Assembly (NCBI GenBank): GCA_028534125.1
Contig: CM052817.1
Coordinates: 96,784,001 to 96,848,000 of the forward strand
Length of the DNA: 64,000 bases
Source: Lama glama
Lineage: Eukaryota
Direction: 5' to 3'
The position numbers and the translations under genes were made by a program. The notes under the pieces are model-generated. The model saw only the letters and a program-made list of their open reading frames with translations. It had not been told where the DNA came from and searched no databases. Of this stretch, positions 39,094 to 52,715 are shown one piece after another (position 1 is the first letter of the stretch; every line of letters begins with the position of its first letter).

Positions 39094-39523
39094 AAATGAT
39101 TACAACATAATAAGACTAGCTTTTTCTTTAATATGATTCCTTAATTAGTCCCAAAGCTAATTACAAAAGAAGTTCCTAAAATGTTTAGAACAATAGCAGT
39201 ATGGCTGAAAGAAGTTGTCTAGCTCTCCAATGCAAGCAATTCTGAAAAGGATGGCTGTCATTTGCAGACATGTATATATATATTTTAAAGAATAATAGGT
39301 TATCCTCACCTTGATTTTTCTCACAGGCACTCCATGCTGTTGGTGACTAGTTAAGGGGAGCTGGCTGTTCTTTAGCTTGCTACAGGGTAAATTTTTATTC
39401 AACAATCCCATTTTTGGAGTGATCAAAATACAAACTCTAAAGTATCTTCCTAGAACTCTACTTAAGTGATCTCTCCAAAAACAAACTGAAAACACTCACA
39501 TGGATATACAATCTGCAAATCAG

Positions 39524-40126
39524 TGTATACGAAATGGAGCAGGACCCTGTGGGGTCCTCCTTTGTACAAATTCTTTCCTTGTCCCCCATTTCTTGTCTGT
39601 AGGAAATAGGCTTCATTCAGCCTCCTTGACCTTCCCTGAGTTCCAAAGGGCAGTTTCAAACAGTTGCTTATCAGACAAGGGAGGGAATGCAGGAACAAGA
39701 GAGGGGCAGATAAAAAACAGCAGTGCAGCCATGGGGCAGGGTCCTGGTTCCTTCTCAAGGAACATACAAAACAATATATATTTGAGTTCTTTTGCAGGAA
39801 CTAAGGCCCCTACGCAGGTGGAGGATGGTAACTTCAGGCTGAGGACCAGATTCCTGGAGCATCGCCCTATTACCTCACCTCAAACCAGTCAGGAGAAAGT
39901 CTGCATGCAGTGGAAGATAATGAAGACTCTGACCCCTATCCCAAATGAGTCTCCCTTCTAAAACTTTCATGGCCTAACAGAATCTTTGGAGTTGGTTTTT
40001 GGACATAAGTCCACCATCTCCCCAGGTTTCTGGTCTCCTCGAATAAAGCAGCTTCTGTTCCTACCAGACTTGTCTTTTGAGTATTGGCTTTCAAGCGGTG
40101 ATCAGCCCAACCTGAGTTTGGTAACA
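39524..40126 (+). mobile_element. ERV1-like solo LTR
   Basis: TG...CA ends (tgtatacgaaatggagcagg ... gagtttggtaaca), with AATAAA at about 40042. Confidence 0.75.
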
Positions 40127-42451
40127 TATATGCTATTCACAACAGATAAACCTACATTAAGTGTACATATGACTATTAACAAAATGTTAAAATACTAAGT
40201 CTACTAACTAGAATTTACATTTTCAGTTTCAAAGTTTTGTTTCCAAAGTTTAATTTCATTAAGCCTGTCTATGATTGGGTTGCAAGAATGTCATGTCCTG
40301 GAATGTTAGGTGATATACAAATTAGTTTAAACAAAATTTGTATTTGGCCCCCATAGAGGTGTTTTGTTTTTTGTGTTCCTGTTGATGACGAAATGCAGAA
40401 GGAAATCATCACACCTGGCACCTGTTATGCACCAAGAACTAAACACGGCACTGACTTAATCCTCTCAACATCTCTGAGCTAAATAGTTTTATTTCTATTT
40501 ATAGATAAAGACACTCAGGTGTGGGGATTTAAACAGCAGAACAAAGGCATTTCACTGGCAAGTGGGAGAAATGCGTTCAGAATTAGCTGACCGCCCCAAG
40601 AAAAAAGCCAAAGTCCACGCCCATGGAGTGAAATGCAAGTATATCTTCCCACAGAAAACCTCTTTTTCCCCCGAAAAAACTGATGTTGACATACCCCCTA
40701 ATTATTTTTTCATTAATCTGAGTAACTCTTTTGCCATACTTTTCTCCAAAATGAAATAGTGCAATTATCTCCCCATCTGGGAAAATAAAATGTTCTGTGA
40801 ATTTTTATCTTGTTATTTATACAAGGAAGCCTTTGCAAACCAGTTAAGTGCTTGAACCAATTAAGCATCTGAGTGGGACTTATAAACATAAAGCAATCTA
40901 AATAAAGAATTATTGAAATATATAGAAAAAGGGGGAAAAGGATCCTTAGTTAAAAGATACCAGGAGACTTAACCACCTATGGGGGTAATAGGTTAAAGAT
41001 TTAAATTAGGAAAACGATAAAGAGAGGATCCTTTAAATAAAATGAAGAGGAAATTGAGAATCAATGTCAGGGCATTTCATTTGACCTCAGAGACATATTT
41101 AACTGGTGACTTTTTTGTTTTTTAAACTGTTTCTGTTGGTTTTTTTTTTTCATTTGTTAATGGCCCCAATTTTCCAGCTTATCTCCCAGTTTATTCTGCC
41201 TAGTAAAGTTTGTTCATTTGCAGCTTTTATTTTCTTGTTCAGCCCCTAATCGCTGACGACTTGAAAAGAAACAAACTAAAAAATGTCATTGGATTATATA
41301 AGGAATTGTTTTCATCATCTTCAGGGATAGCAACTCAACTTTAAAAATAAATATAAGCTTTACAATATTCTGTGAGATTCTTGCCTTATTTTTATGAGGG
41401 TTTCATTGTTATAGCCTTCTGTCTTCACCATTGCTAAAACTAACACCACTCCAGTCCTAAAAGGGGTTAAACCTAAAGTGACTGATATTTTGACAGTGAT
41501 GTGGCAAAAAAATGGTCTTATCCAGAAATTTTTTTCAACTGAATAAATTTGACAGGTGATATCCAAAAATTCAGACTTGTGAATATGTTATCTGAGGAGT
41601 TCTCAAAATCTCAAAATTACTTGCATAATTCTGGCTTTTTTGTTTTCTGTAAGTCTGCATCTGTTTTTATGCCAAAAGGCTATGCAGAAACTTGTATGCA
41701 TGGCTCATCTTGAGTTGACATCTCACGAAGCAGAGCTGAGTACAGAATTTTCTTTCACTTCAAAGGGCATCCCACAGGGTGCAAAGAAAGAAGGGATTGG
41801 GTCCTTTCAGCCAAACATTGCCCTCTGGCACTCATACTCAACTCCCCCGGGATGGAAGAGGGCAGACTCTGGCCCCTTGAAGCTCTAGGTAACATTTCCC
41901 ACAACCCCTGACTCATAAATATTGACATGTGGGAAAAACAAGAGCAGAAAAGATAAAGGGGAGGGGGGAGGGGGAACCTTCCTTAAAAAAAAAAAAAAAG
42001 TTGTTTCAAGTTGGAATGTTCATATATTTTCCAAAGTCTGATTTTTATCAAAGATACTACTAGGATTTTAAAATAAAATATACCTTATGTTGGTATTTAA
42101 AAAAAACAGTCTTATCCATCAACAACTGTAGAAAATAGGAAATAAAACTTTCGACAGAGTTTTGTTTTGTTTTGCTTGCCATTAGGAAAATAGTTTAAAC
42201 TAACAGGACTGAGGAAAACGCAATTTTTTTCTAAAAAGAACTAGAACAATATTCTCAGAGAAATTTTTTTGCTGAATACCAAATTTTTTAATTATAGTGA
42301 ATTTGGAATTCTTTTTCTTCAGCAAAACCTTTTCTTCTTCTTTTTAAATGTTTGTCTCCACCCACTCTTTTCTTCAAAAAACAGAAATAATATGGTTAAC
42401 TAAGACCTCTGAGAAATCTTCAGACCCTAGTCTGTTTCCATTGTGGAACTA

Positions 42452-42469
42452 CAGTGCAACCTGGTGGTG
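42452..42469 (-). promoter_or_regulatory. Weaker candidate CTCF site, reverse orientation
   Basis: Reverse complement caccaccaggttgcactg has one core mismatch to CCACCAGGTGGCAC and lies in repeat-poor DNA. Confidence 0.3.
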
Positions 42470-43567
42470 ATTACTGTTATTACCATGGTTTACGCCTGTG
42501 AATGGCCAAAATTAACCGGAAATAAAAGAATGTCTTGTATTTAGGCTTTTAGAAAATAAATTACAAGGAAAAAGCACAGTAGAGTGGCTCTCTTAAATTT
42601 TAATTATGAGTAGAGATTTTTATAATTTTTAATGTAATATACCTATAAGAACAGTTTTGTAAGATTACTGATGAGTCATTGTGTAAACTGATACAATTTT
42701 TAACATTCATATATCTTCACAATAATCTCTTTCCTGACGTTTGAAATTATATGAAGAATGTTTCAAAAGCATATAAGAGGCTAAGTATTTTTAAGAAAGG
42801 ATAAAGTAAACTAAATAGTTTATCAGCTTTTTGAGGATTCTTTTCCCCTTTGTGTCTTGGGTATGAGAAACACCATCAAAAGAAAAAAAAAAAAAAGATG
42901 GATTTGTTATAAGACTATTCCCCCTAGCCTTGAAATTTTGGCTAACAAGAATTAAATAAGTTCATGTTCATTCTTAAAGAAGACATGTATTTCTGATTTT
43001 TTACCCCCTAAATGAGAAGACAGTTTGATATGCTTTTCTTTCACAGCTAGCAACACTGATGCAAGACTTTATGGACAGACCAGTGATTCACAGTAATTGT
43101 AGTCTTTTATGTATTTACGGTACTTTACACCCATTCTCTTATCTAATTCTGTCAACAACCCTATAAATTGAGGATCAGTGTCTCCATTTTACAGATTAGA
43201 AAACTGAGGCTTAGGGATCTGAAATAACTTATTCAAAGTTAATCAGCTGGTGAGTGACAGAGGAGGAATTGAACCCTTCCCCCAAGCCCATGCTCAGGGT
43301 CTGGTGCATGGTAAGCCCTCAATAAAGAATTATTGATTCAGTGAACAACTGTACCTATTGCAAGGATAGTAAAGGTAAGTCTAGATTAGATCCAAATTAC
43401 AATTACATCTAGTAATTTTTCCAGTAAAGCTTAGACATACTTCCCTTGCTTTTTATACTCTTCAGAGTCTCCTAAGTGCCTCCTAGTTTCCAGAAAAGAA
43501 CAAAGCAACAATACCAGGCAGGATCACTGAGCCTCACACCTGGGCTGTTTCATCCATGAGGAACTAC

Positions 43568-44000
43568 CAGGGGATCTTCACATCTTTGGGGCTGTAGATC
43601 CCTTTGGAAATCTGGGGAGTTTCTGAAACCCATTCCAAAAAAAAAAAATCTTTTTAAATACATTACAAAGGAAGTAAAATTTTTTTAATAAAAATTTTAA
43701 AATATTAAAAAACTAATTAGTAATGTATGTGTTCATTTATTAATGCATTAAATAATGATGTCTAGCAGTAAATTTAATACCTACTGTATTGTCAAGGTAA
43801 TAATGAGTATAAATGATACTTTGAGATATCTGTAACCCCTGTAATGTGGTCTTACTCTATCTGTGACTTCTATTGTTGAAAGAGACATTGTTAATGTTAA
43901 TGTGATATTTGATTTATATCCATAATTAAAGAAAATGCCAAATTTCAATTTTAAGTTAATGAAAATTAAAATTTCTTTCTGTCCAAGGCCATAGGCTTCC
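43568..44000. mobile_element. hAT-Charlie (Charlie4-like) DNA transposon remnant
   Basis: caggggatcttcacatctttggggctgtagatccctttggaaatctgg...cattacaaaggaag. Confidence 0.55.
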
Positions 44001-44621
44001 CAGTCTCTTAAATTAAAGTACCAGGGATAATCTTAAATGAGACAAATCTTTTCAAAAACTAAATTATAAAAAAATATCTTAAATTCAAAAGATGCCTACT
44101 GCAAATATATATTTACATATATAGTGAATATATATAATACATATATATAACCCTTTGATTAATATGTGAAATATTCACTTCAAAAGATCTGATGAGAGGC
44201 AAGGTTCCAAAATTATACATGTCTAGGACATAAAATGGTATTAAAATAGCCTTGCCTGAGTCTTAGGACATTAATCCAAAAATATTGATTAATTACCTGT
44301 CATAATAATCCCTTTTGAGTTAGAAAATATTTATTGAGCAGCTACTGTGTACCAGACATTATTCTGAGAGTTTTAGGAAATAGGTGGAAAATGGGTAATT
44401 TTATTTCATTTGTTTCTATAGCACTCTATAATTTTCACAGCAGTTCTATACACACCCTTCATTCATTCAAGCCTCATTACAATACCAAGAAGTAAGCAAA
44501 GTAGGGTCTGGAGACATTTATTAATTCCATATTCCCACAATAACCCCACTCCAGACATATGGTAGATACTCAAAAACTGAAAACACTGCTCTGTCCTTAT
44601 GCCTTAAACCAGCCCCTAAAT

Positions 44622-45190
44622 TAGGGTTGCCAGATAAAATGTATAAAGCTGAATTAAATTTTAATTTCAGATAAACAAAATATTTTTCATATAAGTACAT
44701 TCCATACAATATTGCAACACACACTGTATTTGTTTGCCAAGGCTACCATAACAAAGTAACCCAGACTCAGGGGTTTAAACAGAAATGTATTTTCTCACAA
44801 TTCTGAAGGCTGGAAGTCTAAAATCAAGCTGTCGATAGAGCTGGTTTCTTCTGAAGCCTCTGTCCTTGGTTTCTAGATGTCCGTTGTCTCACTGTGTCCT
44901 CACAAAGCCTTCCCTGTGTGTGCCCATGCCCTAATCTCTTCCTATAAGGGCACTAGTCATATCAGATTAGGGCCCACACTAGTGACCTCATTTTATCTTA
45001 ATTGCCTGTATAAGGATCCTGTCTCCAAACACTGCCACACACTGAGGCACTGAGGGTTAGGACTTGAACATACGAATTTGGGGAGGACAGAATTCAGTCC
45101 ATAACATGCACTAAAACATTATTTTTGTTTATCGAAAATTCAGATTTAACGGGGCATCGTGTAGTTTCATTTGCTCAACCTGGCAATCCT
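44622..45190. mobile_element. MER53 palindromic MITE split by an MLT1 LTR (44725-45106)
   Basis: Left arm tagggttgccagataaaat...aatttcagataaacaa and right arm ttgtttatcgaaaattcagatttaac...cctggcaatcct. The intervening LTR reads tgtatttgtttgccaaggctaccataac...ttcagtccataaca. Confidence 0.8.
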
Positions 45191-46245
45191 CCCCGAAATT
45201 TCCTCGTCTGAGAGCTCTCTCCACTGCAGGAACTCAACCACGGGTAGGAATCGGCCAGCAGGGCAGGGAAGTTAGGCCCGGAGCAGCCAGCAGTCAATGA
45301 TGGATGTACTTCGGTGGATAAAGGCATCAGCTTCCTCCCTCTCAGGGGGGACAATTCTGAGTATGTTCTACAAAGCATCCAAGAGGCTCTCTGTGGGTTG
45401 GAGCCCCAGCCGCGCTCAGCATTTACTTGTCCGTTAACGCACCCACCCTGGTTCCTCCCCTTCTGCATCTCACCTTCCCGCTCTCCTCCTGCTTTTCCTC
45501 AGTCACCTCCCAAGTAAACCTTCACGTTTACATCCTTGTCTCAGGATCTGCTTCTGAAGGAACTCAACCAGAAACAAAGGATTGTCTTGGCTTCAGCCAC
45601 AAGCTGAACTGAATCCTCGTTTTCGGATAAGAGACAGATCAGATGCTGAAGGGTAGATCGGGGTGGGCCTTTGTTCCCTTGCTGGGCACTGCCTCTACCT
45701 ACCAGCCACGACTCTCCATTCATGGACCTGGCTCTGGGAGAGCCCCTGTACAGGATACTGGCTAATCCTTTCAACACTCAGAGTTTTTCTGAGTCTCACA
45801 GCTATGGCAAATGTCTTTCCTTTGAGGTAAGTTGAGAAACATACTATTTATTATGAAAAGATAACTGGCAACTCAAGAGAGTAGGTTGACATGTATACTA
45901 GGTAGCTCAGAAAAGAAGTCCCATGACTCTTCTCTGGAAGAATCTGAAGAGATAAGAGAGAACTGGAATAATTAGGGAAGTCTTCCCACGGGAGGTTGGA
46001 CTCGGGCTGAGTTTTGGTGGATGTGGTCGATTCAGCTGTGGGAAGAAGGGCCGGGAACACGTTCTGGGGGAGAAGGGTAGATGAGGGCAGTGCAGGAGCA
46101 GGGCTGGGCATGTGTAATGTGACCACACACAGACACTTGGCTGGAGGACAAGGGTACAGGGGACAAGGACATATTATGAAATCCTGGGAATGCCGAGTAA
46201 GAATTACAGAGTTTATCTGAATACATACGTGCAGCAAATGAAGGT

Positions 46246-46715
46246 TGTTAAAAGAAAAGAATTGACATGATCAAAATAAGATGCAATCAGATTCACCTGT
46301 CAGTGGCTTGCAGCAGAGACTGGTTAATAGACACCTGGCAGTCACTCCCTATGACAATACAGACTCAGCCAGGAATAATGAACAGGAAAGTGTAGACGAC
46401 GTTACAAAGGAGTTATCACACCTGAGACACTGAAGAGTCAGCAAGAAGGAAGAATGAAGAAAACCGCATCATCAACCAGTCAGAGAATTGTGCATGAGCT
46501 GATCACATAGCTTGTGACGCCCCTCCCTCACCTGGCCTTTGAAAATGCTTTCCTGAAACACACCAGGGAGTTTGGGCTTTTTTTGAGCACTAGCTGTCCC
46601 GGCTCCTTGTCTGGCGCCCTGCAATAAACACAGCACTTTCCTTCACGACAACCCAGTGTCAGTAAATTGGCATTACTGGGCTCAGGTGAGCACACCCCAG
46701 TTTGGTTTGGCAACA
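46246..46715 (+). mobile_element. ERV1-like LTR (5' boundary uncertain)
   Basis: catcaaccagtcagagaattgtgcatgagctgatcaca...gcaataaac...gtttggcaaca. A related copy lies at about 49918-50433. Confidence 0.7.
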
Positions 46716-47368
46716 ATAGCAAATGGATATGTTAGGCAGTTGAAACAAAATCATCATGAGTTACCATCAACCTGTTCTTCACAACTATATATAATGATAT
46801 GATAAAATCTATCATTTTTCTGCTCCAAGAACATTATTTGTTGCCTTGATATTTTCCTTCATCTTGTGTCTTTTGTTTAAGGAATGCAAAGGATCTCGGG
46901 GTGAAAAATAACTGTTATCATTTCGGTTTGTATGCAAGAGAAAGAAATAAACCAGCTGCAGCCAGCAGGCTTCGGAGAGGCACTTATTACAGGACTTAGA
47001 CCTCACACAAACGTGGGAGCAGCTGAGGAAGCGCAGTCAGAGGATCTGAGAATGTCACTAGCTGGCCCTCTGAAAGCACTGGCATGAGGAGGTAGGTTGG
47101 AGCTTGCAGGGAGATCTGAGGAGCAACCAAGGCCCGCCCCATCAGTGGGATCACCAAGGGGGAGCTCCCAGAGAAATCTGCGGGAAGGAGGTCCCTCTGT
47201 GCAGCTATCACTCTGTGGGCCCGCAGCCGAGCTCTGGGCAGCGGGGAGTAGGGAGCTGAGTCTGCTTTGGGTGAGCAGGGCCAGCAGTCAGAAAGGTGAG
47301 CTGGACAGAGTGGAAGAGAGCAAGAATCAGGTGGGACCCACAAACACCTCAGTTTGACCAGGACACCC

Positions 47369-47832
47369 TTTCGAGAATAATGGTCTGTGCTTCCCTTCAA
47401 CTTGCAAAATCTCTTAGAAGTTCCTCTTTGGCCAACATGAAGGAGAAACAAACAAACAAACTGGCTTCCCTGATGCTAAAACTGTTTACTGATCACTAAT
47501 AGCTTTAACCCAGAGGCTATGCCCCAGGAAGGAGGCTGGTAATCTCAGAAGAATGGACAGACCGTCGGGAGTTCCTCCTGAGGCCAGGAAGAAGAGGAAT
47601 GCAGCACCCTATAAAACACCCTGATTGTTATCACCTTTCCTGTCCCAACCCATTTCTCCATAAAACCTCAGGACCCCAACCCCAAGACGGATTCACAGTC
47701 TCAAGGCACTAGCCTGCTGTGACTCCCTTTGCCTGGCAAAGTAGTAAAGCTGTTCTTTTCTAATTTCCCTAAAACTCTGCCTCCAAGTCTCAATCTGGTT
47801 TTCAGGGTACAGAGGCTGGTTTTGCGGCAACA
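47369..47832 (+). mobile_element. ERV1-like solo LTR
   Basis: ccataaaacc (TATA-like)...cctttgcctggcaaagtagtaaagctgttc...gcggcaaca. Confidence 0.65.
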
Positions 47833-49491
47833 AACACTAACCCAGAACCGTGCATGGAAGAAGATTCTGGGAAACATCATTCCCAGCTTAAGGAAGCTTC
47901 CATTAGGTAATACAGACGAAAAAGAAGAATTTGTTATGAAGATCCTGGGGTGGCTCAAGGAACTGAGGTCAGGAATGTTGCTGGGTCTTAGGAAGAGTTG
48001 GAAACAGGAACACAAACCCCATCGGGGCTCTTGGGGTTCTTGTCTCTCTTGCTGCCCTCCCCTTACATGCGTCTTTCCCAGTATCTCTGCAGACTGGCCT
48101 GTTCCCCTGCAGGAAACCCATGCTAACTGCTGACAGCTCCTGAGCTCTACTTCTTACAGCTTCTTTAGATGTGCTCACTGGAGAGAGGCCCTCTCAGCTC
48201 TGCCCCTTGATAGCTTCAAGCAAGAAACTCTGAGAAACGACTCACTGGCTAGTGGGCTGAGTGAGTGGGCTGTACCAAGTGGATGGGGAAGGAAGGAACA
48301 GTTTCTGGAAGACAATGGAGAGGATGGGGCAAAGGAGCTCGTAGGTGTCTACTGCATGGGGAAGTACCATATAACAGGCTTTATGTGAAGAACTTTGCGT
48401 GTATTATCTCATTTAATGCTTGCGTCAACCCCCTCCGGTTACTACCACTCTCGTTCCCATTACACATGAGGAATTGCAGTTTCAAGAGATTACATCTTAC
48501 CCAAGGTCCCAGAGCTCGTAAGTGGTAAGGTTGGTCTGGCTCCAAAGAGTGTTCTTTGTACCACCCAGTGGTGGCCAGTGTTTCAGGGAGCCTCAGGAGC
48601 TCTGTTTGTCATTATGTGGTGGCCTTTCCCCCGACATTGCATTTCAACAAATCTTATCCTTTTTTTAAAAAGTTCTTAAAACCCGCCATATTGGACTTCC
48701 TCCTTTCTCATTTCACAGGGAGCAGAGACACAAAACGACCACCCAGGCTACACGTCTGGAGAAAAGCTCTGACCCCTGGCACAGAGCTCTCTTCCCTGGT
48801 CCACACTGGCCCTTGACCCTGGATCATCCACTGCAGGAAATATTATCAGAACTACTTTTAACTTCTTACTTGTAGCAAGAGAACAATCTGTGTTTACTCT
48901 CAAGTTATATTTAGTTTGGCACAATCGAAACCAAAAGCCATGCTTGATATAATCATGTAAATTGCTATTGACACTACTTCGGACTCAAGAACCTTCTTCC
49001 GGAAAGAAAGGTCAAAGCGTAAATGGAACAACAGCTTGGAAGTTGTTTCTATTCTTCCCAGAATTTCCGTGTAAATGACAACTAATATATATTGGTAGGC
49101 TGTGATAAAGCACTATGCCAAGTGTAACAGAAAAAAGTGAGTGTACAAAGCACAGTCCTAGCCATTTAAAATTTGATTGAGTGGATATAATACATAGAAT
49201 ATAATCAATTCTTTAGGTGGCCTCTTCAAACCATGAAATGAATGATACAGAATAGGGAGTAATCACTGAGGTCTGGAACAGTCAGAAAAAGTATCATGGG
49301 GAGAGAGGAGTTGAAAGCCTGAACTTTTATCTAATATTTATTCCTTCAATCATTCATTCACTTACTCTGAATTCATTCACTCAGTATTTTTTGAGTTGGG
49401 CATCACGCTTAAATGCATGTAAGACTAAATGCACAACGGTGTACAGGCTGGATAAGAGGTATCAGAGAATCAGGAAAGATATTTTCCCACT

Positions 49492-49917
49492 TGTTGACAA
49501 AAAAATTATTCAGTTGATCTAAGAAAGAAGTGGAAAATTTTATTTGAGCCAAATTGAGGATGACAACCCAGGAATAGCCTCTCAGAAAGCTCTGAGAGCT
49601 GTTCCGCCCCTCAGAGGTTGAAGCGCAGTTATGTAAGGTTTTGAGACAGAGGGCTGTACATTAAATGACATATTATTGACAGTTTATACAGTCTAGTGAG
49701 TGGTGGGTCATGGGTCAACATGGCCCCTTAACAAGATTAAGAAGGAATGTAATCTTTTAAGGAGTCGTCTTGTTGGTATTTCTGAGGATGGGGAGGTTTG
49801 GTCGATGCATAATACAGATACACACAGTAGACGGGAGAGAGGCGGCAAAAGGGCAGAGAAATGTTCTTATGTTTAAATTTTTCTTGTCTTGCCATAAAAT
49901 ATGAATTTTATTCCACA
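49492..49917 (-). mobile_element. LTR (ERV1-like); same family as the element at 63779-64000
   Basis: TG...CA ends. The block gaaagaagtggaaaattttatttgag...cagcctctc..gaaagctct is shared with 63820-63900. Confidence 0.7.
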
Positions 49918-50433
49918 ACTATCAGAACAGTAAATTCAGCTGCATACTCTTCATGTACCCAAGCAGGACCCTATCTGGTCTTTCCTGGGCAGACCCGTCC
50001 CCCGATCCTCTGCTGTAGCTCCTCTCTGAAGTACCCAGGTAACAGTATCTGATGCACATTTCCTGGGTTGTTTTACAGGTGCTAAAAGCCCCACCAAATG
50101 GAAGACCTTAACTATTTGATGACCATGAACACATAGCCTCCAGACCTACTGGCATCTAAGGATTCATAATGTTAACTCCTGTGACCTCACCCTGTTACCT
50201 CGCCATCAACCAATCAGAGAATTGTGCATGAGCTGATCACATCCCCTGGGACCCACCTCCCTCATCTGGCCTTTAAAAATGTTGTGCTGAAACCCATCAG
50301 GAAATCCTAGTGTTCTGAGCATTAGCTGCCCGGGACTCTTTGCTTGGCACTGCACTTTCCTTCACCACCACCCGGTGTCAACAGATTGGCTTTACTGCAT
50401 GTGGGTGAACAGACCCAAATTTGGTTTTGTAAT
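49918..50433 (+). mobile_element. ERV1-like LTR related to 46246-46715
   Basis: catcaaccaatcagagaattgtgcatgagctgatcaca...cactttccttcac...ttggttttgtaata. Confidence 0.7.
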
Positions 50434-52009
50434 ATAAGATACTTAACTGTTTCTTGAAGAAAGTGTTCCAGTTAAACTAAATAAATCTTTTTTTTAAAAT
50501 CAGCAGTAAACTGGATTACATACATGGTCTCCACAATAGATACTATTATACATTGTATGTGTAATACATAACATAATGTTTATAATAAATAAATAATATG
50601 AATGTTAGAAATATGAGTTCCTATCAATAGGCTTCCATGATAAGAAAGTGTCTAGCTTTATAAAATATTTTTGGGGAAAAACAAACCAGCTAGATCTAAG
50701 AATTTGTAACTGTACACACACACACATACAAAATCTCCCAAAACAATCAGATTAAAACAATCTGATTAAGAAACTAGCATCCCTCTCTTAAAGCTGAAGT
50801 TCTTCAAGACCAGGAGTAAAAACAACGACACAATATACAATGTAGCCCTTTACTACAGATTTTTAAGGACTGACTATAATTGGAAAGAAAACTAGACTGA
50901 CCACCAAGCCTCATTTTAGTATTCTATATTTTTGCATAAAATTTTAACTAGCCTTCAGTTGCAAATTTTGCTCTCACTCTGCTTTGCTTCACCTCTTTCA
51001 GAAAATATATGTCGTGCAGTTTAGGGCTTCCTGAGGATAACTAGTATGGTCAGTTCAGTGTTGCTGTAAACTTCAGATCTGGATAATGTCACCCATTTGC
51101 TCTTTCCAAAGACAGGGCATTTATTTAGGGACACCTGCCCTACTGTATTAGCTTTTTTAAAAAAAAAACCGCTGGTGACAGTGTAGCTGAAAATTCAAGT
51201 GGAAAAGAACTGGAAAGGCTCAGCACCTTTCCTTCTGCTGATTTTTTAAAACTGATTCTTGAGAAGACTGTGTCTGCACAGTGTGACCAGGCCACGGCAC
51301 CGCTGATCCTATCACTTGTCAGTCCCTTCATAATCAGTGTAGATGGCCACCCAGTTCACTCAACCCATAGTGATGAGAATCAAACATGAAGATGGCTGAA
51401 ATAATTGGGTCAAGTCGGCACCAGGCCAGTTCAATGGTTACAGAAAAATGCGAGCATATTCAAAAATCATAATGGATCATTCTCTGCAGGTAAAACAGGA
51501 GTGATGATAGCAATGTATCAGCCATTTTCAGAAGGACATGAACAAGTAAAATGATGTAAATGATGCATTCATATAGGTGTGGAATAAAAATAAATAATAC
51601 TGTTTATCATATAAATGTAGGCAGAGTTATGTCCTAAACATTTAATTTCCAGCTCATTTCCTTTCATAATAAAAAAAAAAGTTAGTCAGTCATGGAAGCA
51701 CTAGGAAGTCAACTATTTTAAGGTAAAGTATTATTTTGAATACTTTGTCTTGTTATGCTGGGTTGGCTTTCTACCATGTGTCCCTCCAAATCCATCCTCT
51801 GCCCTTCTTTGCTGTATTCTACTCCCTGGGAGGCTAATCTCTTTGGACTACATCAGCAGGCTCCTTTGTCCTCTGGCTTCCAGTTGGGTTCGGCCAATAA
51901 GGGACATGAATGTGAGATCAGGGGAGGAGAGTGAGGTGGAGCACTGATGGCTTCCACTCACCTTGGTGGTGGGGTCATCCCTCCACAGATGGTCATAGCT
52001 CCTTTTTAA

Positions 52010-52715
52010 AAAAAAAGTTTTAGCAAGACTGTGACATTTTTAGTTGAATAAACACTCCTAGGATTATAGCAAGGCTTTAATTAATGTCCAGAATTCTGAA
52101 AAGATAATTTTGACAAGTGTTGCCAGTGTTCTCATTGCTTTTACAGAAGAGCGGATTTGGGGCAGCCATTATTCTGTCATTCAGAAGTTGATCTTCCAAT
52201 ACAATGTTTTGGAGATTCTTTTGAGTTGTATTAGTACTTTTTTCTTTTTTTTTTCTTTTTTTTTAGTATATGTGCTGCCAAAATGATCACGGACTTTGTT
52301 CATTTTTTACTGCTACCTAAAATTCCATATGGATAGATCTCAATTGTTTATCTATGTATCCGCAAACAGATGTTTGAGCTTCTTTGTGAACATATGTCTT
52401 CTTTGTTCTTGAATAAAATCCTAACACATGTGGGGTCATCGTTGTATAAGGAATTAAAATATTATACATAATTTTAGAAGGAACTAGTTTTCCACAGTAC
52501 TTGAATTATTTTACACTCTATCAAATGATGTATTGAGAATTATAGTTGACTCACATTGTCATTGTCAATCTTTTTTCTTAACTGAACTGTAGTTGATTTA
52601 CAATGTTGTGTTAGTTTCAGGTGTACAGCAAAGTGATTCAGATATAGGTATATATATCTGAAAAGTGATATAGAAACATATATATACACACACATATATG
52701 TCACAACTCTTTTTA
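52010..52715 (-). mobile_element. Old L1 fragments (L1MD-like) plus a young L1 3' tip (about 52570-52700)
   Basis: tgccagtgttctcattgcttttacagaagagc and gtagttgatttacaatgttgtgttagtttcaggtgtacagcaaagtgattcag. Confidence 0.65.

Noticed and set aside
46246..50433. Two related same-strand LTRs as a possible full provirus
   Set aside because: No PBS follows the first LTR, no gag/pol/env remnants lie between them, and their 5' halves differ. Independent solo LTRs fit better.
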